From contig CBDBCZ010000011.1 in the NCBI GenBank assembly GCA_965203295.1, positions 576,001 through 640,000 on the forward strand: a stretch of DNA of 64,000 nucleotides, written 5' to 3'. A program made the position numbers and the translations under genes. Below are positions 1-61,894 of the stretch, in pieces (within the stretch, counting starts at the first letter, position 1; every line of letters begins with the position of its first letter). This DNA is from Nitrospirales bacterium (GTDB lineage: Bacteria > Nitrospirota > Nitrospiria > Nitrospirales > UBA8639). The notes under the pieces are model-generated. The model made no database searches and was not told the DNA's origin. It worked only from the letters and a program-made list of their open reading frames with translations.

Positions 1-579
1 CCTGGTACTTAACCCCAAGAACTTGACTCTCGCCCTGCACCCCAGCGTGGTACTGTAGATAGTCTGGGTTTTCTGGCAGGCAGAGGTAGTTGGCTGCTCC
101 TCCTTGAGTGTTGTGATGTGCTCCTCCAGCCTTTCCTGCATAGACCAGCTCTGTTCCTGTTGTGTTGGGGCAGGTTGTTCGTCCCCAGCGAGTGTAGACC
201 ACTCCTCCACCGTTTGGGCCAGGAGGTCCAGGTGGGCCTTGGTCACCAGAGGGTCCCCTCTCCCCATCCACCCCATCCCTGCCTGCAGGTCCAGTGGGTC
301 CAGGTGGACCTGGCAGCCCATCACGACCGTCACGACCTTCCTTGCCATCTTGCCCGTTTTGTCCTCGCAGTAAATCAATAAGAGGGTTGAAGTCACAGCG
401 GTCAGTTTCCTCGTGTGTGTTCCTCTTGGTGAGTGCTGCCACCCCACCTGATGTGATTGAGGAACAATAAACTCATTTAGCTCTCTGCAATTTAATTACA
501 TACCTTCTGTAGTGGAGGCTGCACAGATGAGGATGATGGTAGTAAGCAACACTGGTACAGCATTCACTCGCCACATCAT
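1..579 (-). CDS. Short-chain collagen (spongin short-chain collagen C4-like); exon 1 579..504, exon 2 447..<1; 3' end lies outside the window
   Basis: Manual translation of the - strand. Signal-peptide exon [25 protein letters not shown](G), then a 56-bp GT..AG phase-1 intron (503..448), then about 16 Gly-X-Y triplets ([51 protein letters not shown]). The following segment [51 protein letters not shown] is the typical C-terminal domain of short-chain collagen C4-like proteins. Confidence 0.88.
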
Positions 580-650
580 GGTACAGAGCTTTTTATGTAT
601 TATTCAAAGCTACTCGCTTGACAACTTTGGGATCATGGCTCTGGGTGGTT

Positions 651-659
651 CTTTATATA
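651..659 (-). promoter_or_regulatory. Candidate TATA box of the collagen gene
   Basis: TATATAAAG on the - strand about 75 nt upstream of the ATG at 579. Confidence 0.4.
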
Positions 660-1554
660 TCCACCCCAGGCTGAGCTCTATACTTCATGCATACCACACT
701 GGCTATGTTTATGATTACGGCTCGTGGGTGGCTTGAGGCTGGTGGACGTCACTGCTCTCTGAGAGCAACATGTTTACCGAGCTGACTGTTTTTGCTCAGA
801 CTAGTTTGTGGGAGATGTAGTAACGTCTCGGAAGGTTTAATATTTCTGTGTGGGGTGGCCCTGAGACTGTGTACTGTGTGTGCCATATATGCATTACCCA
901 TACTCACTGTCAATGAAGTCTGGCCACTTTATAATAATGATGATGGATATGTCAGGCCACCTTTTGTACTTTGCTCTGGCTGATATAATTCGACATATCA
1001 ATAGTTTAATGGTGTTCCCATGCCTTTGCTATTGCCTGGAGTATCATGCTTTGATAACCAGGAATGGTTTTGTTGTTTCTACCAGTGGCTGCCGTGTTTA
1101 CATTATAGTAGTCATGTGTTCCCTCATACCCAGTCCTTCGCCAAGTTAGGGAAGGGCCTGAGTACGAGGCTTGGCTAAAGCAATAGTATATACTTTCCGG
1201 GCGTAACTAGAAATTTTGTAGTATTTAGACTAAGGCTGTCACGTTCATTTTAGCTGTCTGTGTGCTGCATTGTGTAGTCACGTGTGTCCTTTCTCGCTCC
1301 ACTATCTCATTATGCTCATGCTTCCTCAGAACGCTTTCAGCTACATGTAATTACTTGCATGGCCAATATTCATAGTAATTGTGTCTACTAATCAGTGAAT
1401 GAATACCATCAAAGTGCTAAACCCACAAGTGAGACAGACAAAGGCTACCTATATAAGTGAAGGGCTTGGAAGGCTAGATATACATACACATGCCAATCCT
1501 TGGAAGTCATATTCAACAAATTTTTGGAAGGCTAAGTGTCTTCGGACCAAGGCC

Positions 1555-1642
1555 TAGCCTCGTTCCCAGGCTCTCTGTCCAGCTTTTTTTTTTCGCACGT
1601 TCGTAGTAAAATAAGCGGGAAAAAAGCTGGACAGAGAGGCTG
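1555..1642. repeat. Short hairpin dispersed element (TAGYCTCRTTCCCAG family)
   Basis: Starts tagcctcgttcccagg; ctctctgtccagctttttt pairs with aaaaaagctggacagagag; related copies at ~1121, 5838, 33506, 35117, 49656 and 52295. Confidence 0.6.
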
Positions 1643-1669
1643 CCAAGGTCCACATAGCAACTGCCTGTG

Positions 1670-2270
1670 TCGCATGATCACATTACTGGGCGGAGTCATA
1701 GGTTAATTACAGTTACATGCCTTCATCATGATCACGTGACTGGGCGGAGCTATAGGTTAATTACAGGTACATGCCTTCATTGTGATCACGTGACTGGGCA
1801 GAGCCATAGGTTAATCACAGGTACATGCCTTCATCATGATCACGTGACTGGGCGTAGCCATAGGTTAATCACATGTACATGCCTTCATCGTGATCACGTG
1901 ACTGGGCGAAGCCATAGGTTAATCACATGTACATGCCTTCATCGTGATCACGTGACTGGGCGGAGCCATAGGTTAATCACATGTACATGCCTTCATCGTG
2001 ATCACGTGACTGGGCGGAGCCATAGGTTAATCACATGTACATGCCTTCATCGTGATCATGTGACTGGGCGTAGCCATAGGTTAATCACAGGTACATGCCT
2101 TCATCATGATCACGTGACTGGGCGTAGCCATAGGTTAATCACAGGTACATGCCTTCATCATGATCACGTGACTGGGCGTAGCCATAGGTTAATCACAGGT
2201 ACATGCCTTCATCGTGATCACGTGACTGGGCGAAGCCATAGATTAATCACAGGTACATGCCTTCATTGTG
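1670..2270. repeat. Minisatellite, 54-bp unit, ~11 copies
   Basis: Unit acatgccttcatc(a/g)tgatcacgtgactgggcg(g/t/a)agccataggttaatcaca(g/t)gt; accounts for the 18-aa periodic ORF 1667..2296. Confidence 0.95.
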
Positions 2271-2532
2271 CAGGGGGCCTTGTGAGAGGCATGTGACAAC
2301 ATGAGCGAACAGATAGATGGACAAACAGGCACACAAACAAAGCTGCCCCACTTGTGCATGTGCGTGGAGTAGACACAATGTGATGATACCATGAGACACA
2401 ATACTCCTATGTACTGGCTGTTATAGGCCGGAAACTCACCTGTTTGCTTTGATCCTTACACACTGATGCTAGTATACTGTGTTTGCTCCCCTCCTCTCCC
2501 TCCCTCCCCCCCCCCTTCCCCTCCCCCTCCAG

Positions 2533-15787
<13,255 letters not shown>

Positions 15788-15894
15788 TAACAAACACAAC
15801 TGCATAGCTACATTGTCATGTTGGTTTGTTTGTCTTGGCTAGCATCACAGACATGACTTTAGATAAAATGAATATTCTGTTTCTGCTTATTAGA

Positions 15895-15900
15895 AATAAA
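15895..15900 (+). terminator. Candidate polyadenylation signal of RanBP2
   Basis: AATAAA ~110 nt after the stop; the homologous site in the chimeric copy reads AATACA (29140-29145). Confidence 0.55.
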
Positions 15901-16087
15901 TGTAGCTAGCTATTGACATAGATAATATCTATGCTATTGACTATGCTGTCTTTGTGCTCAAACTCCAGTGTGCGATCCAGTTACATTAAAGGAGAATCTA
16001 CATGCATGGGGGAGTACAAGTATAATCATAGGCGTACTGCCTTTGCAGTGCAGTGGTAGTGAATGTTTAACTTAGGAGCCTTCTTAA

Positions 16088-17057
<970 letters not shown>

Positions 17058-17525
17058 TTAATGTACCAGTGCAATGAATATCCTTGTGAAAAAAGTTATA
17101 GCTACCGTTATTAAACGTTAAAAGTAATAGTAGCAACGTGTATAGTTGCCAGTCCAACCGGTTATTTCAGTAAGTATAATATACTTCATGTTCAATTCAC
17201 TATTTTAGTAAAGGAATCATGAAGTGAAATTTCGTGCATGCATATGCATGCAGTTAGTCTCGTGCCCAGCCCCACGTTAGGAATGAAGTTTAAGGAAGTT
17301 AAACTAAGTTAACAGGCGAAGGTCATAGGACAGCGGGGTGGGGCTGGGATGGGGTGCGCATGCGCAAAGAATAGCCAATAGCTATACGACCTATGCAAGG
17401 GCCTGGCAACGACATTCTCTCTAGCAACAGAGTTGCAAACAGGTGGAAGAGAAAGCCAGAAGTTTTTGCGAGAGAATTTTCCTGGAGTCTACGGCAGCAA
17501 CCTCGCTCGGCTCAGTTGCAGCGTC

Positions 17526-19653
<2,128 letters not shown>

Positions 19654-20010
19654 GAGGACAGTGGAGATAACTGTGGACATAGCGTCAGTTAGACAGGCAT
19701 TAGCCATTATTGTACTCGTGTGCAGTCAGATGACGGTGTTTATGTTGTACCCAAAAAAATATAATCACGTTCACATGGAAGGGAGTGGAGGAGTGGCAAT
19801 GTGGGCGGGTCGTTCCCCCCCCCCCCCCCCTTTTTGGACAGCCTGGTAGAAGGGTGGGGGAGCTGCTTTCCATCCAGACTGGCTGGATGTGATCTTGCGA
19901 TAAGGCATGGGTGGCTCCCCTTCCCCTCTGCTAAGAAACAGGAGATTAGACTCTCCAGACTAGGGTAGAATCACCTCCCTATTACTCACATTGCAGGCTC
20001 CGCCACTTCC

Positions 20011-21831
20011 ATGGAAGGTCTGGGAGGGGTGCTGGACGCTCAAAGTGGGGCTGAGGAAGAAGCAGGATGGGAGTGTCCCCTCATGAGCCAGGATCGCCCA
20101 AGCCCAGGCACACGGGAGCTTCTAGAGTTGGAGAGGTGTGTGCCTCCTGTGGGAAGGAAGGTGGGCAAGGCCCTGTCACTGGTTACCACTCCACTACGGA
20201 TAGCACAATGGCAAGAGGCATTGGTGGGGCACCCGGACCAGGAGTTTGCAGCGTATGTCATACGGGGTCTGAGGGAAGGCTTTAGAGTCGGCTACAAGTA
20301 CGGCAGCCAGGCTCTGACACCTGCCAGCCGCAACATGCAGTCAGCGAGGCAGAACAAGGAGGTAGTGGAAGGATACTTGGGAAAAGAAGTGGCCGAGGGC
20401 AGAGTTGTTGGGCCACTCACCTCGTCTAGCGTGGCAGGGGTGCAAGTCTCTCCATTCGGGGTTATCCCAAAGCCTCATCAACCGGGGAAATGGCGCTTGA
20501 TTGTGGACCTGTCGGCACCGGAAGGTCACAGCGTCAATGATGGGATCGACAAAAAACTCTGTGCGTTGAAGTACGTGTCCGTGGATGATGTGGCACGGGT
20601 AATCCAGAAGCTGGGTAGGGGTGCACAGCTGGCCAAGATGGACGTGCAGGCAGCGTATCGAAACGTACCAGTGCACCCTGACGACCGACTATTGCTGGGA
20701 ATGAAGTGGGAGGGTCAGCTCTTTGTGGATACAGCATTGCCATTTGGGCTGAGATCAGCACCAAAGATCTTCACAGCGGTGGCAGATGCATTGCAGTGGG
20801 TGGTAAGAGCGAGAGGGGTTCGTTACATCGCCCACTATCTGGACGATTTCATTGTGGTGGGAGCTCCAGGGTCTGATGAAGGGGCCAAGGCTTTGGACCT
20901 CCTGTTGGACACATGTCGTGAGCTCGGCGTCCCAGTAGCGGGGCACAAGGTGGAGGGCCCGTCCACACGAATCACGTTCCTGGGGATCGAAATAGACACG
21001 GTGGCAATGGAGCTCCGGCTACCCCAGGACAAGTTGCAGCGCCTGACAGCATTGGTCTCAGACTGGAGGTCCCGGAAGAGCTGCCGTAGGCAGGAGCTGG
21101 AATCCCTCATCGGTCACCTCAGTCACGCATGCAAAGTGGTGAGACCGGGTAGACGGTTCCTGCGAGGAATGATCGAACTGCTGGCCATTGTAAGGAAGCG
21201 TCATCACCATGTGCGTTTGAACACGGCTTTCCGGGCTGATTTGGAGTGGTGGCATGCCTTCTTGACCCCGTGGAATGGAGTATCCATGCTGGGTGGGGTA
21301 AACGGGAGTGCTCCAGGGGTCGGGATATGGTCGGACGCCTCGGGATCCTGGGGATGTGGAGCGGTATGGGAAGATAGGTGGCTACAAGTGAGCTGGGAAC
21401 AGTGTCCTATATTTGGAGAGGCGTCAATCGCGGCAAAAGAGCTCCTACCAATTGTGTTGGCGGCAGTGGTCTGGGGGAAGGAGTGGGCTGGTTTGGTAGT
21501 GGAGTGTCATTGTGACAACGAGGCAGTGGTGAGGGTTCTGCATGCGGGTTCGGCCAAGGACCGGCATATGGTGCATTTCTTGCGCTGCTTGTTCTTTGTG
21601 CAAGCCAAATACCAGTTTTCCATAGTGGGAACACACATCCCAGGGCGGCAGAATCCCACAGCTGACGCATTGTCTCGCAACCAAATGCAAGTGTTCTTTA
21701 ACCTTCTCCCTCAGGCTCAGCCACTACCAGTCAGCGTCTCCCAGTCAGTCCTGAAGGAACTAACCAACCTCCAGGACTGGACGTCAGACACCTGGACCAC
21801 ATGGTGGAGCATTATATCCAGTGCTCACTAG
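20011..21831 (+). CDS. pol: Reverse transcriptase - RNase H of the YR retrotransposon
   Basis: RT motifs KWRLIVDLS, KMDVQAAY, LPFGLRSAP, YLDD; RNase H motifs SDASG, AKEL, CDN, ADALSR; ORF uninterrupted. Confidence 0.95.
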   Translation: MEGLGGVLDAQSGAEEEAGWECPLMSQDRPSPGTRELLELERCVPPVGRKVGKALSLVTTPLRIAQWQEALVGHPDQEFAAYVIRGLREGFRVGYKYGSQALTPASRNMQSARQNKEVVEGYLGKEVAEGRVVGPLTSSSVAGVQVSPFGVIPKPHQPGKWRLIVDLSAPEGHSVNDGIDKKLCALKYVSVDDVARVIQKLGRGAQLAKMDVQAAYRNVPVHPDDRLLLGMKWEGQLFVDTALPFGLRSAPKIFTAVADALQWVVRARGVRYIAHYLDDFIVVGAPGSDEGAKALDLLLDTCRELGVPVAGHKVEGPSTRITFLGIEIDTVAMELRLPQDKLQRLTALVSDWRSRKSCRRQELESLIGHLSHACKVVRPGRRFLRGMIELLAIVRKRHHHVRLNTAFRADLEWWHAFLTPWNGVSMLGGVNGSAPGVGIWSDASGSWGCGAVWEDRWLQVSWEQCPIFGEASIAAKELLPIVLAAVVWGKEWAGLVVECHCDNEAVVRVLHAGSAKDRHMVHFLRCLFFVQAKYQFSIVGTHIPGRQNPTADALSRNQMQVFFNLLPQAQPLPVSVSQSVLKELTNLQDWTSDTWTTWWSIISSAH

Positions 21832-22760
21832 CCCCAAGCACTCACCGCAGTTATGCAGCGGCCCAAAGGAGATATTTGAGGTTCTGCGAGCAAGCAACCC
21901 TTCCACCACTGCCAGCGTCAGAGCTGGTTCTGGGTCGGTTTGTGGCTCTCCTGGCCCAAGACGGCCTCAAGGCTCAATCGATAAAAGCCTACCTATCGGC
22001 AATTCGTCGCCTGCAGATAGAGCAGGGTCTGGGAGATCCGTTTGAGAAACAGCTCCCGCTGTTAGAATACACCCTGAGGGGTATCAAGAGCGAACAAGCA
22101 AAGACACTGTCGACAGCGAAACGGACTCGCCTACCAGTAACGCCCACCATCTTGGGGAAGATACGGGAAGTATGGAGTAGGGAACCCCACAATCCAGACA
22201 AGATTATGCTGTGGGCGGCTTGTTGCATGTGCTACTTCGGATTCCTTCGGTCCGGGGAAATATCGGTTCCATCGCTGGCAGCCTACGACCCAGGAGCCCA
22301 TCTGAGCACGGGGGATGTGACACTAGACAAGGCGACGGCACCAACTATGGTGCAAGTCAATATAAAAGCGTCCAAGACCGACCCATTTCGGAGAGGGGTT
22401 TCGGTATTTCTGGGGCACACTGGCGGGAGGCTTTGCCCTGTGGCAGCTATAGCGGCATACCTGGCAATACGTGGGAGTGCTGCCGGGCCATTCTTCAGGT
22501 TCCAAGGGGGGCGCCCAATGACTAGAGACCAATTTGTTAAAAGAGTAAGGGACGCCTTGGAACAGGCTGGGCTGCAACCAGATCATTTCGCGGGACATAG
22601 CTTCCGAATCGGAGCGGCAACCACCGCGGCAGCTCGGGGGGTGGAAGATTCACTGATCAAGACTCTGGGTCGGTGGCAGAGCTCGGCATACCTTCTATAT
22701 GTGCGGGTTCCCCGGGAGAAGCTGGCAGGGCTATCGCGGGTGCTGGCCAACACTAAGTAG
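21801..22760 (+). CDS. Tyrosine recombinase of the YR retrotransposon
   Basis: FLRSGE (R), KASKTD (K), HSFRIG (HxxR), GRWQS and AYLLY (Y); overlaps the end of pol in another frame, as is usual for DIRS/Ngaro. Confidence 0.95.
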   Translation: MVEHYIQCSLAPSTHRSYAAAQRRYLRFCEQATLPPLPASELVLGRFVALLAQDGLKAQSIKAYLSAIRRLQIEQGLGDPFEKQLPLLEYTLRGIKSEQAKTLSTAKRTRLPVTPTILGKIREVWSREPHNPDKIMLWAACCMCYFGFLRSGEISVPSLAAYDPGAHLSTGDVTLDKATAPTMVQVNIKASKTDPFRRGVSVFLGHTGGRLCPVAAIAAYLAIRGSAAGPFFRFQGGRPMTRDQFVKRVRDALEQAGLQPDHFAGHSFRIGAATTAAARGVEDSLIKTLGRWQSSAYLLYVRVPREKLAGLSRVLANTK

Positions 22761-22873
22761 AGGAACAAATATAGAGCTGTTAAGAAAGATCTGGGCTACT
22801 GAGTGTGTGCCATGTATTCACCTGAGTTTTCTGTGTCTGATGCATATGGCCGCGGCTACACGCGACGGGCTAG

Positions 22874-22909
22874 CTAGTCTCGTGACCAGCCGGCTGATCA
22901 CGAGACTAG
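22874..22909. repeat. 36-bp near-perfect palindrome matching the left end of the element
   Basis: ctagtctcgtgaccagcc|ggctgatcacgagactag (one mismatch). Confidence 0.85.
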
Positions 22910-23308
22910 TGATGGGCGGGGTCAGATCAGATCAGAGGCTGGCACGGGCGGGAGGTGTTTGCGGAGGCGGGGCCAGGGGATGCTTGGAGGGAAGGACGAA
23001 GTCCTTCTCTGGGCCAATGTCGGGGATTTGCATGCCTCCGACATTCCCCCAAGCATCCAAGTAAAGGGGGTGTGGCAAGTACGTAAGGATGACGTCATAC
23101 GGAAGTACCAACTGCTTGTATAGCTAGCCCGGGACGTCAACAGGCCTGGTCCCGACCTCCACACTAATAGCTGGGGTTCCAACAGAAGGAGTGATAGAGA
23201 TGCATTATAGACATAGAAATCCGTGACCGAGAATGTTAAAGGTGGGTCTGGCTCCCGGCCCGCATATTCAAAGTTGGGGCAGCATTACGTCAGCGGTCCC
23301 AGATCTGG

Positions 23309-23426
23309 ACCGGCGATGTGATTGGTTGATTATAGTATTACATCACTAAACGGTGTGAATATCCGGTATCCGGATACTACAACCGTTAGTGATGTAATAC
23401 TATAGTCAACCAATCACATCGCCGGT
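23309..23426. promoter_or_regulatory. 118-bp fold-back hairpin with two opposed CCAAT boxes, 25 nt upstream of the proposed kinase ATG
   Basis: ~45-bp arms accggcgatgtgattggttga.tatagtattacatcactaa.cggt with one mismatch and one indel; inner tatccgg/ccggata stem. A regulatory role is inferred from position only. Confidence 0.55.
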
Positions 23427-23450
23427 GTGCCCCACCCACGCTTTTGCAAG

Positions 23451-29031
<5,581 letters not shown>

Positions 29032-29849
29032 GAACAAACACAACTACATAGCTACACTGTCATGTTGGTTTGTTTGTCTTTGGCTAGCATCACAGACATG
29101 ACTTTAAGTACAATGAATATTCTGTTTCTGCTTATTAGAAATACACGTTATTGACTATGCTGTCTTTGTGTACTAAGTCCAGTGTACAGTACAGATACAT
29201 TAATTTTGTCCCTGAAAATGCTATACCGGTATTAGCGTGAGAATTTGCATGCATGGGGGTTATTGCCTTTTTCTTAGTGAAAGACTGAAATTTAATGCAT
29301 GGTTCAGTACAGGACTATTATTTTCAGTAAAGGACCAGTAGAGTGTTCATGGTCAGTGATTTTTTTTTCTCTAAAAAGGACCATGGCATGAACTACGTAG
29401 AGTTCAGGATCACTATTAGATAATTAATCAGTATCACTAATTTTCAGTAAAGGACCATGAACTACATAGTTAGTTTACATACGTATACATGTACGTATTT
29501 TACGTCATGCGTTACTATGCAACTGCGGTATAGAGCAGCTTTTGGAGGTTTGTGCTTCTCAGTTTCTGCAGGATGCCTACTGTAGCATAGTTAGTAGTTA
29601 CTATAATTTGTAGTTCTACAGCTGCAGTTAGCTTGGCCTGAGCTGAGTTGTGTGTATTGTACGTGAAAGTTTCCCGGCTGGTTTTAGACATGTAATGTCA
29701 GACTCGTATTATACGTACATCTCAGAAACACAGCTGCCGCCGTATAGGGGGGGAATGCCATGGGCTAGGTGGGATGCAGAGAGGTGTGGCCCCCCTTTTT
29801 TATTCATTTATGACATGTACATGCATGCAGCACAGTTTGGCGCGCAAAA

Positions 29850-29990
29850 CGGGTGCTGAACCTCAATCAGTTGCTGAGGCAATTTTCAACCTACTGAAGT
29901 TCAGCACCCGAACTTGTGCTGAACCTCAATCAGTTGCTGGATGTGTGTAACAACCTACTGAAGTTCAGCACCCCAACTTTGAACCTCAAA
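29850..29990. repeat. Short tandem repeat, ~63-bp unit, x2+
   Basis: gtgctgaacctcaatcagttgctg...caacctactgaagttcagcaccc repeated. Confidence 0.8.
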
Positions 29991-30674
29991 ATTAATGGTT
30001 TTCGAAATTTTTTGGCAAAATTGTAATAAATAAGTGATGATATTATGTTGTGTGGTCTTATAATATTGTTTATTGAATAGTGCATTTGGCTTCATTTCCT
30101 AGTCACACATTATGGGAGGTGGAGCCTGGGGATGTGGTTATACATAACCCACTATATACATGTACTTCATGTATGACCGCTCTTCAAATCCTTCTCCTAC
30201 AGAATTTGGAACATTGACACTGGAGACTGTATACAAGAGCTAAATGGACATGATACACCAGTCCTGTGAGTGAAATATATAATCTCAAACTGAACATGCA
30301 ACCATTTTTCATTTTGTTCTTGTTATACATACATGTAGTAGTCATTGAATAATATAATTATATACTGGCTTCAAACCAGCACCAACATTTAGGTCACAAC
30401 AACATACCAGTGTCTACTTCAGACAAAACTAAAACAAAAACAGTACTTCTGTAAATAGCCACCAGATGTATACATTTAAATGTACGTGACATTGTATACG
30501 CTTCTTGTAAAACATAAACTCTACAGACGATAGCAGAAGAGTTGACAAAGGAACACAAAAAAAACTCCAGGATGTGTGAGTCAAAAAGATGTTGAGAGTG
30601 CGATGATTTGAGAACTGAGTTTCAGTTATGTTAAAAAATAATAGCAGATGTCCTCTTAAAAATTTTCAGCTGGG

Positions 30675-59104
<28,430 letters not shown>

Positions 59105-59599
59105 CGTTGATATCTTACAGTAGGCTGTGGCTGTGGTTATTTATTATAGAGGCACATGTATAGTGTTGTCCTGCATGAGTAAAAAAATACATTGCAGATT
59201 GCTATAAAGCCTTTGGTATGATATACAATGGAACCCCTCTAAAAAGGTCACCCCTAAAATAAGGACGTCTCTGCATTAATGACACTCTGCTATGTCCCAA
59301 ATATGCTTTCTCTATATAATTTTATCCTCAAAATTAGGACACCTCTATATACAGGACACTACACCAGGTCCCCAGTGTGTCCACAATGGGGGTGGGTTCA
59401 CTGTAAATGATTGTAGGTATCCAAATATACGAGTCTGCATGGGCTACAGACGTACACAATATTAGGCAGCAACTGCAAGGACGAATACTAAACAGTCTGG
59501 TATATCATACATGTATAGCAGTGTCAAGCAACCAGTAATATGCTTGAGTTCACTTGAGTGGCAGTTCTCTTGGCCTGTGAAACGTGTACACGAGTGCTG

Positions 59600-60185
59600 G
59601 CCAGTATAGTGTACGCAGATGATGTATTTACAATGCATGATGTATGACTCATGCATGGCTATGCGCCCACACACCATATGGACTGATATAAACACGACAA
59701 CTTGATTACTAGTACTGTAAGGGGAAGTATAGCATACGTATTGGCATCCATATTTACAATGCATGATGTATGACTCACGCATGCTTATGCGCCCACACAC
59801 CATATGGACTGATATAAACACGACAACTTGATTACTAGTACTGTAAGGGGAAGTATAGCATACGTATTGGCATCCATATTTACAATGCATGATGTATGAC
59901 TCAAATATCCTGTCCATGCACACAATGATATTATTACATGTAGTACTATATGGGGAAATACATGTATAGTGTATGCAGTATTTTATAGGCTTCCATATTT
60001 CAATGCATGATGTGTGACTCATATATCCTGCCTATGCACACAATGATATTACTAGTACTATAAGGGGAACTATAGTGTATGCAGTTAAATTACTGGCATC
60101 CATACATGCAATCTTTACAATGCACGAAGCCATGACTCATACATTCTGCCCACACACCACATGGACTGATGTAAACACTGTGTAT
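59600..60185. repeat. Tandem repeat, 126-bp unit, ~4.5 diverging copies
   Basis: tttacaatgcatgatgtatgactca at ~59627, 59753 and 59879. Confidence 0.88.
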
Positions 60186-60286
60186 GTAACTATATTATAG
60201 TGCTTCCTGTACAGAAACATACAGTGGCCATGAGAGATCGCAACTTCAGTTCTGGTTTTAAAGAGCTTCAGCACATGATGTGTGTC

Positions 60287-60453
<167 letters not shown>

Positions 60454-61146
60454 GTAATTAATTCACAGGAATGTTGTGTACTTCTAAATGATTTGTGATG
60501 CGAGTTTCAGTGTAAGCCTATACATGTAGCTATTCTAGCGACAGCTGTTGGGGGCTGCCGGGCTGAGAGTCACATGATCGTGGTGAAGCCCCATGCTGGT
60601 TTTGGCCAGACCTCATGGCTGTAACAATTTCAGGGAACTGTCCTCCTCTTTAACTCTCTGTTTTTGGTGGTTGCGAACTGTGGCTTCTGGTTTTTCTGCA
60701 TTCCCAAGTTCTCGCTCCTACCTAACCTGTAGCTTTTTTTAGAATTACTAAATGTTTGTAGGATATATATAACAACTTGTCCAATATATGTATATGCTTT
60801 AATGGAGAGATTGATGCTACATGTACGTCACTGCAATATATATGGCCAATATCCTTACTTTTAGCTGCATTCTCTGGCTGCCTAAATAACTATAGGGCAT
60901 ATGGCTCTGCTTTACATCAGACATTACATCATGCTCTGGCAATTCTTGAGGTTGAAAGTACACCTTGGGTCAACATATTTGATTTGCCCTTTAAGCTGAA
61001 AGGTGATCACTCATCATTAGTGAGTGACCACTGGGCCTTCAGCCATCTGGTAAGGGTTCTAAAAAGGACAATCCATCATGAGAAGAACCTTCACAGTAGC
61101 CTCAACAACCAACCACAGGCTGGGCACGCTATCTCCTTTTTCTGAC

Positions 61147-61535
61147 GCCTCGATCTCTGACACTATAATAGTTTGGGAATAAGGCTATGGAAACACTTCC
61201 GTGGTATGTCGTCTCGGTCTCTGACTCTAATAGTTTGGGAATAAGGCTATGGAAACACTACTGTATGTGGTATGTCGTCTCGGTCTCTGACTCTAATAGT
61301 CTGGGAATGAGGCTACAGAGACACTACTGTACGTGGTATGTCGTCTCGGTCTCTGACTCTAATAGTCTGGGAATGAGGCTACGGAAACACTACTGTACGT
61401 GGTATGTCGTCTCGGTCTCTGACTCTAATAGTCTGGGAATGAGGCTATGGAAACACCACTGTACGTGGTATGTCGTCTCGGTCTCTGACTCTAATAGTTT
61501 GGGAATGAGGCTACAGAGACACTACTGTATTATGT
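61147..61535. repeat. Minisatellite, 66-bp unit, ~6 copies
   Basis: gtggtatgtcgtctcggtctctgactctaatagt(c/t)tgggaat(g/a)aggcta...acactactgtac; period 66 (61201 vs 61267). Confidence 0.93.
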
Positions 61536-61894
61536 CGTCATCACACTACTGTAGTGTTTCCAGGCCGATGGTAGCAAAGTGAAGGACCAGCAATCACAGA
61601 GTAGCCTTGTTCCCATACATGTGCATGTACATTTTACCAGTGTAATGTACATGTACATGTACGTCTTCTGCTAGTACACACACACACACACACACAGTAG
61701 CTTTGCTCCTATACATTTTACCAGTGTACTGTACATGTATGGCTTCTGCTAGCACACATGCACACACACACATCAATTCAGCTAGAGTTCCACACTTTCA
61801 TTGTGGACGACCACAAATCAAACCACACCTCTAGGAGTTGCTATATATAGCTCATCTTTCCCTACTGTTGTAGATAGTCCATCCTATCAAAAGC

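Noticed and set aside
104..381. + strand ORFs 104..373 and 118..381
   Set aside because: Antisense shadows of the - strand collagen exon.
1667..2296. 209-aa His/Cys-repeat ORF, and a possible CRISPR-like array
   Set aside because: It is the translation of a 54-bp minisatellite with no unique spacers, no cas genes and a eukaryotic context.
22699..23182. Extra ORF (e.g. an SGNH hydrolase as in some Ngaro elements) after YR
   Set aside because: The short ORFs show no GDS/DxxH or other recognisable motifs.
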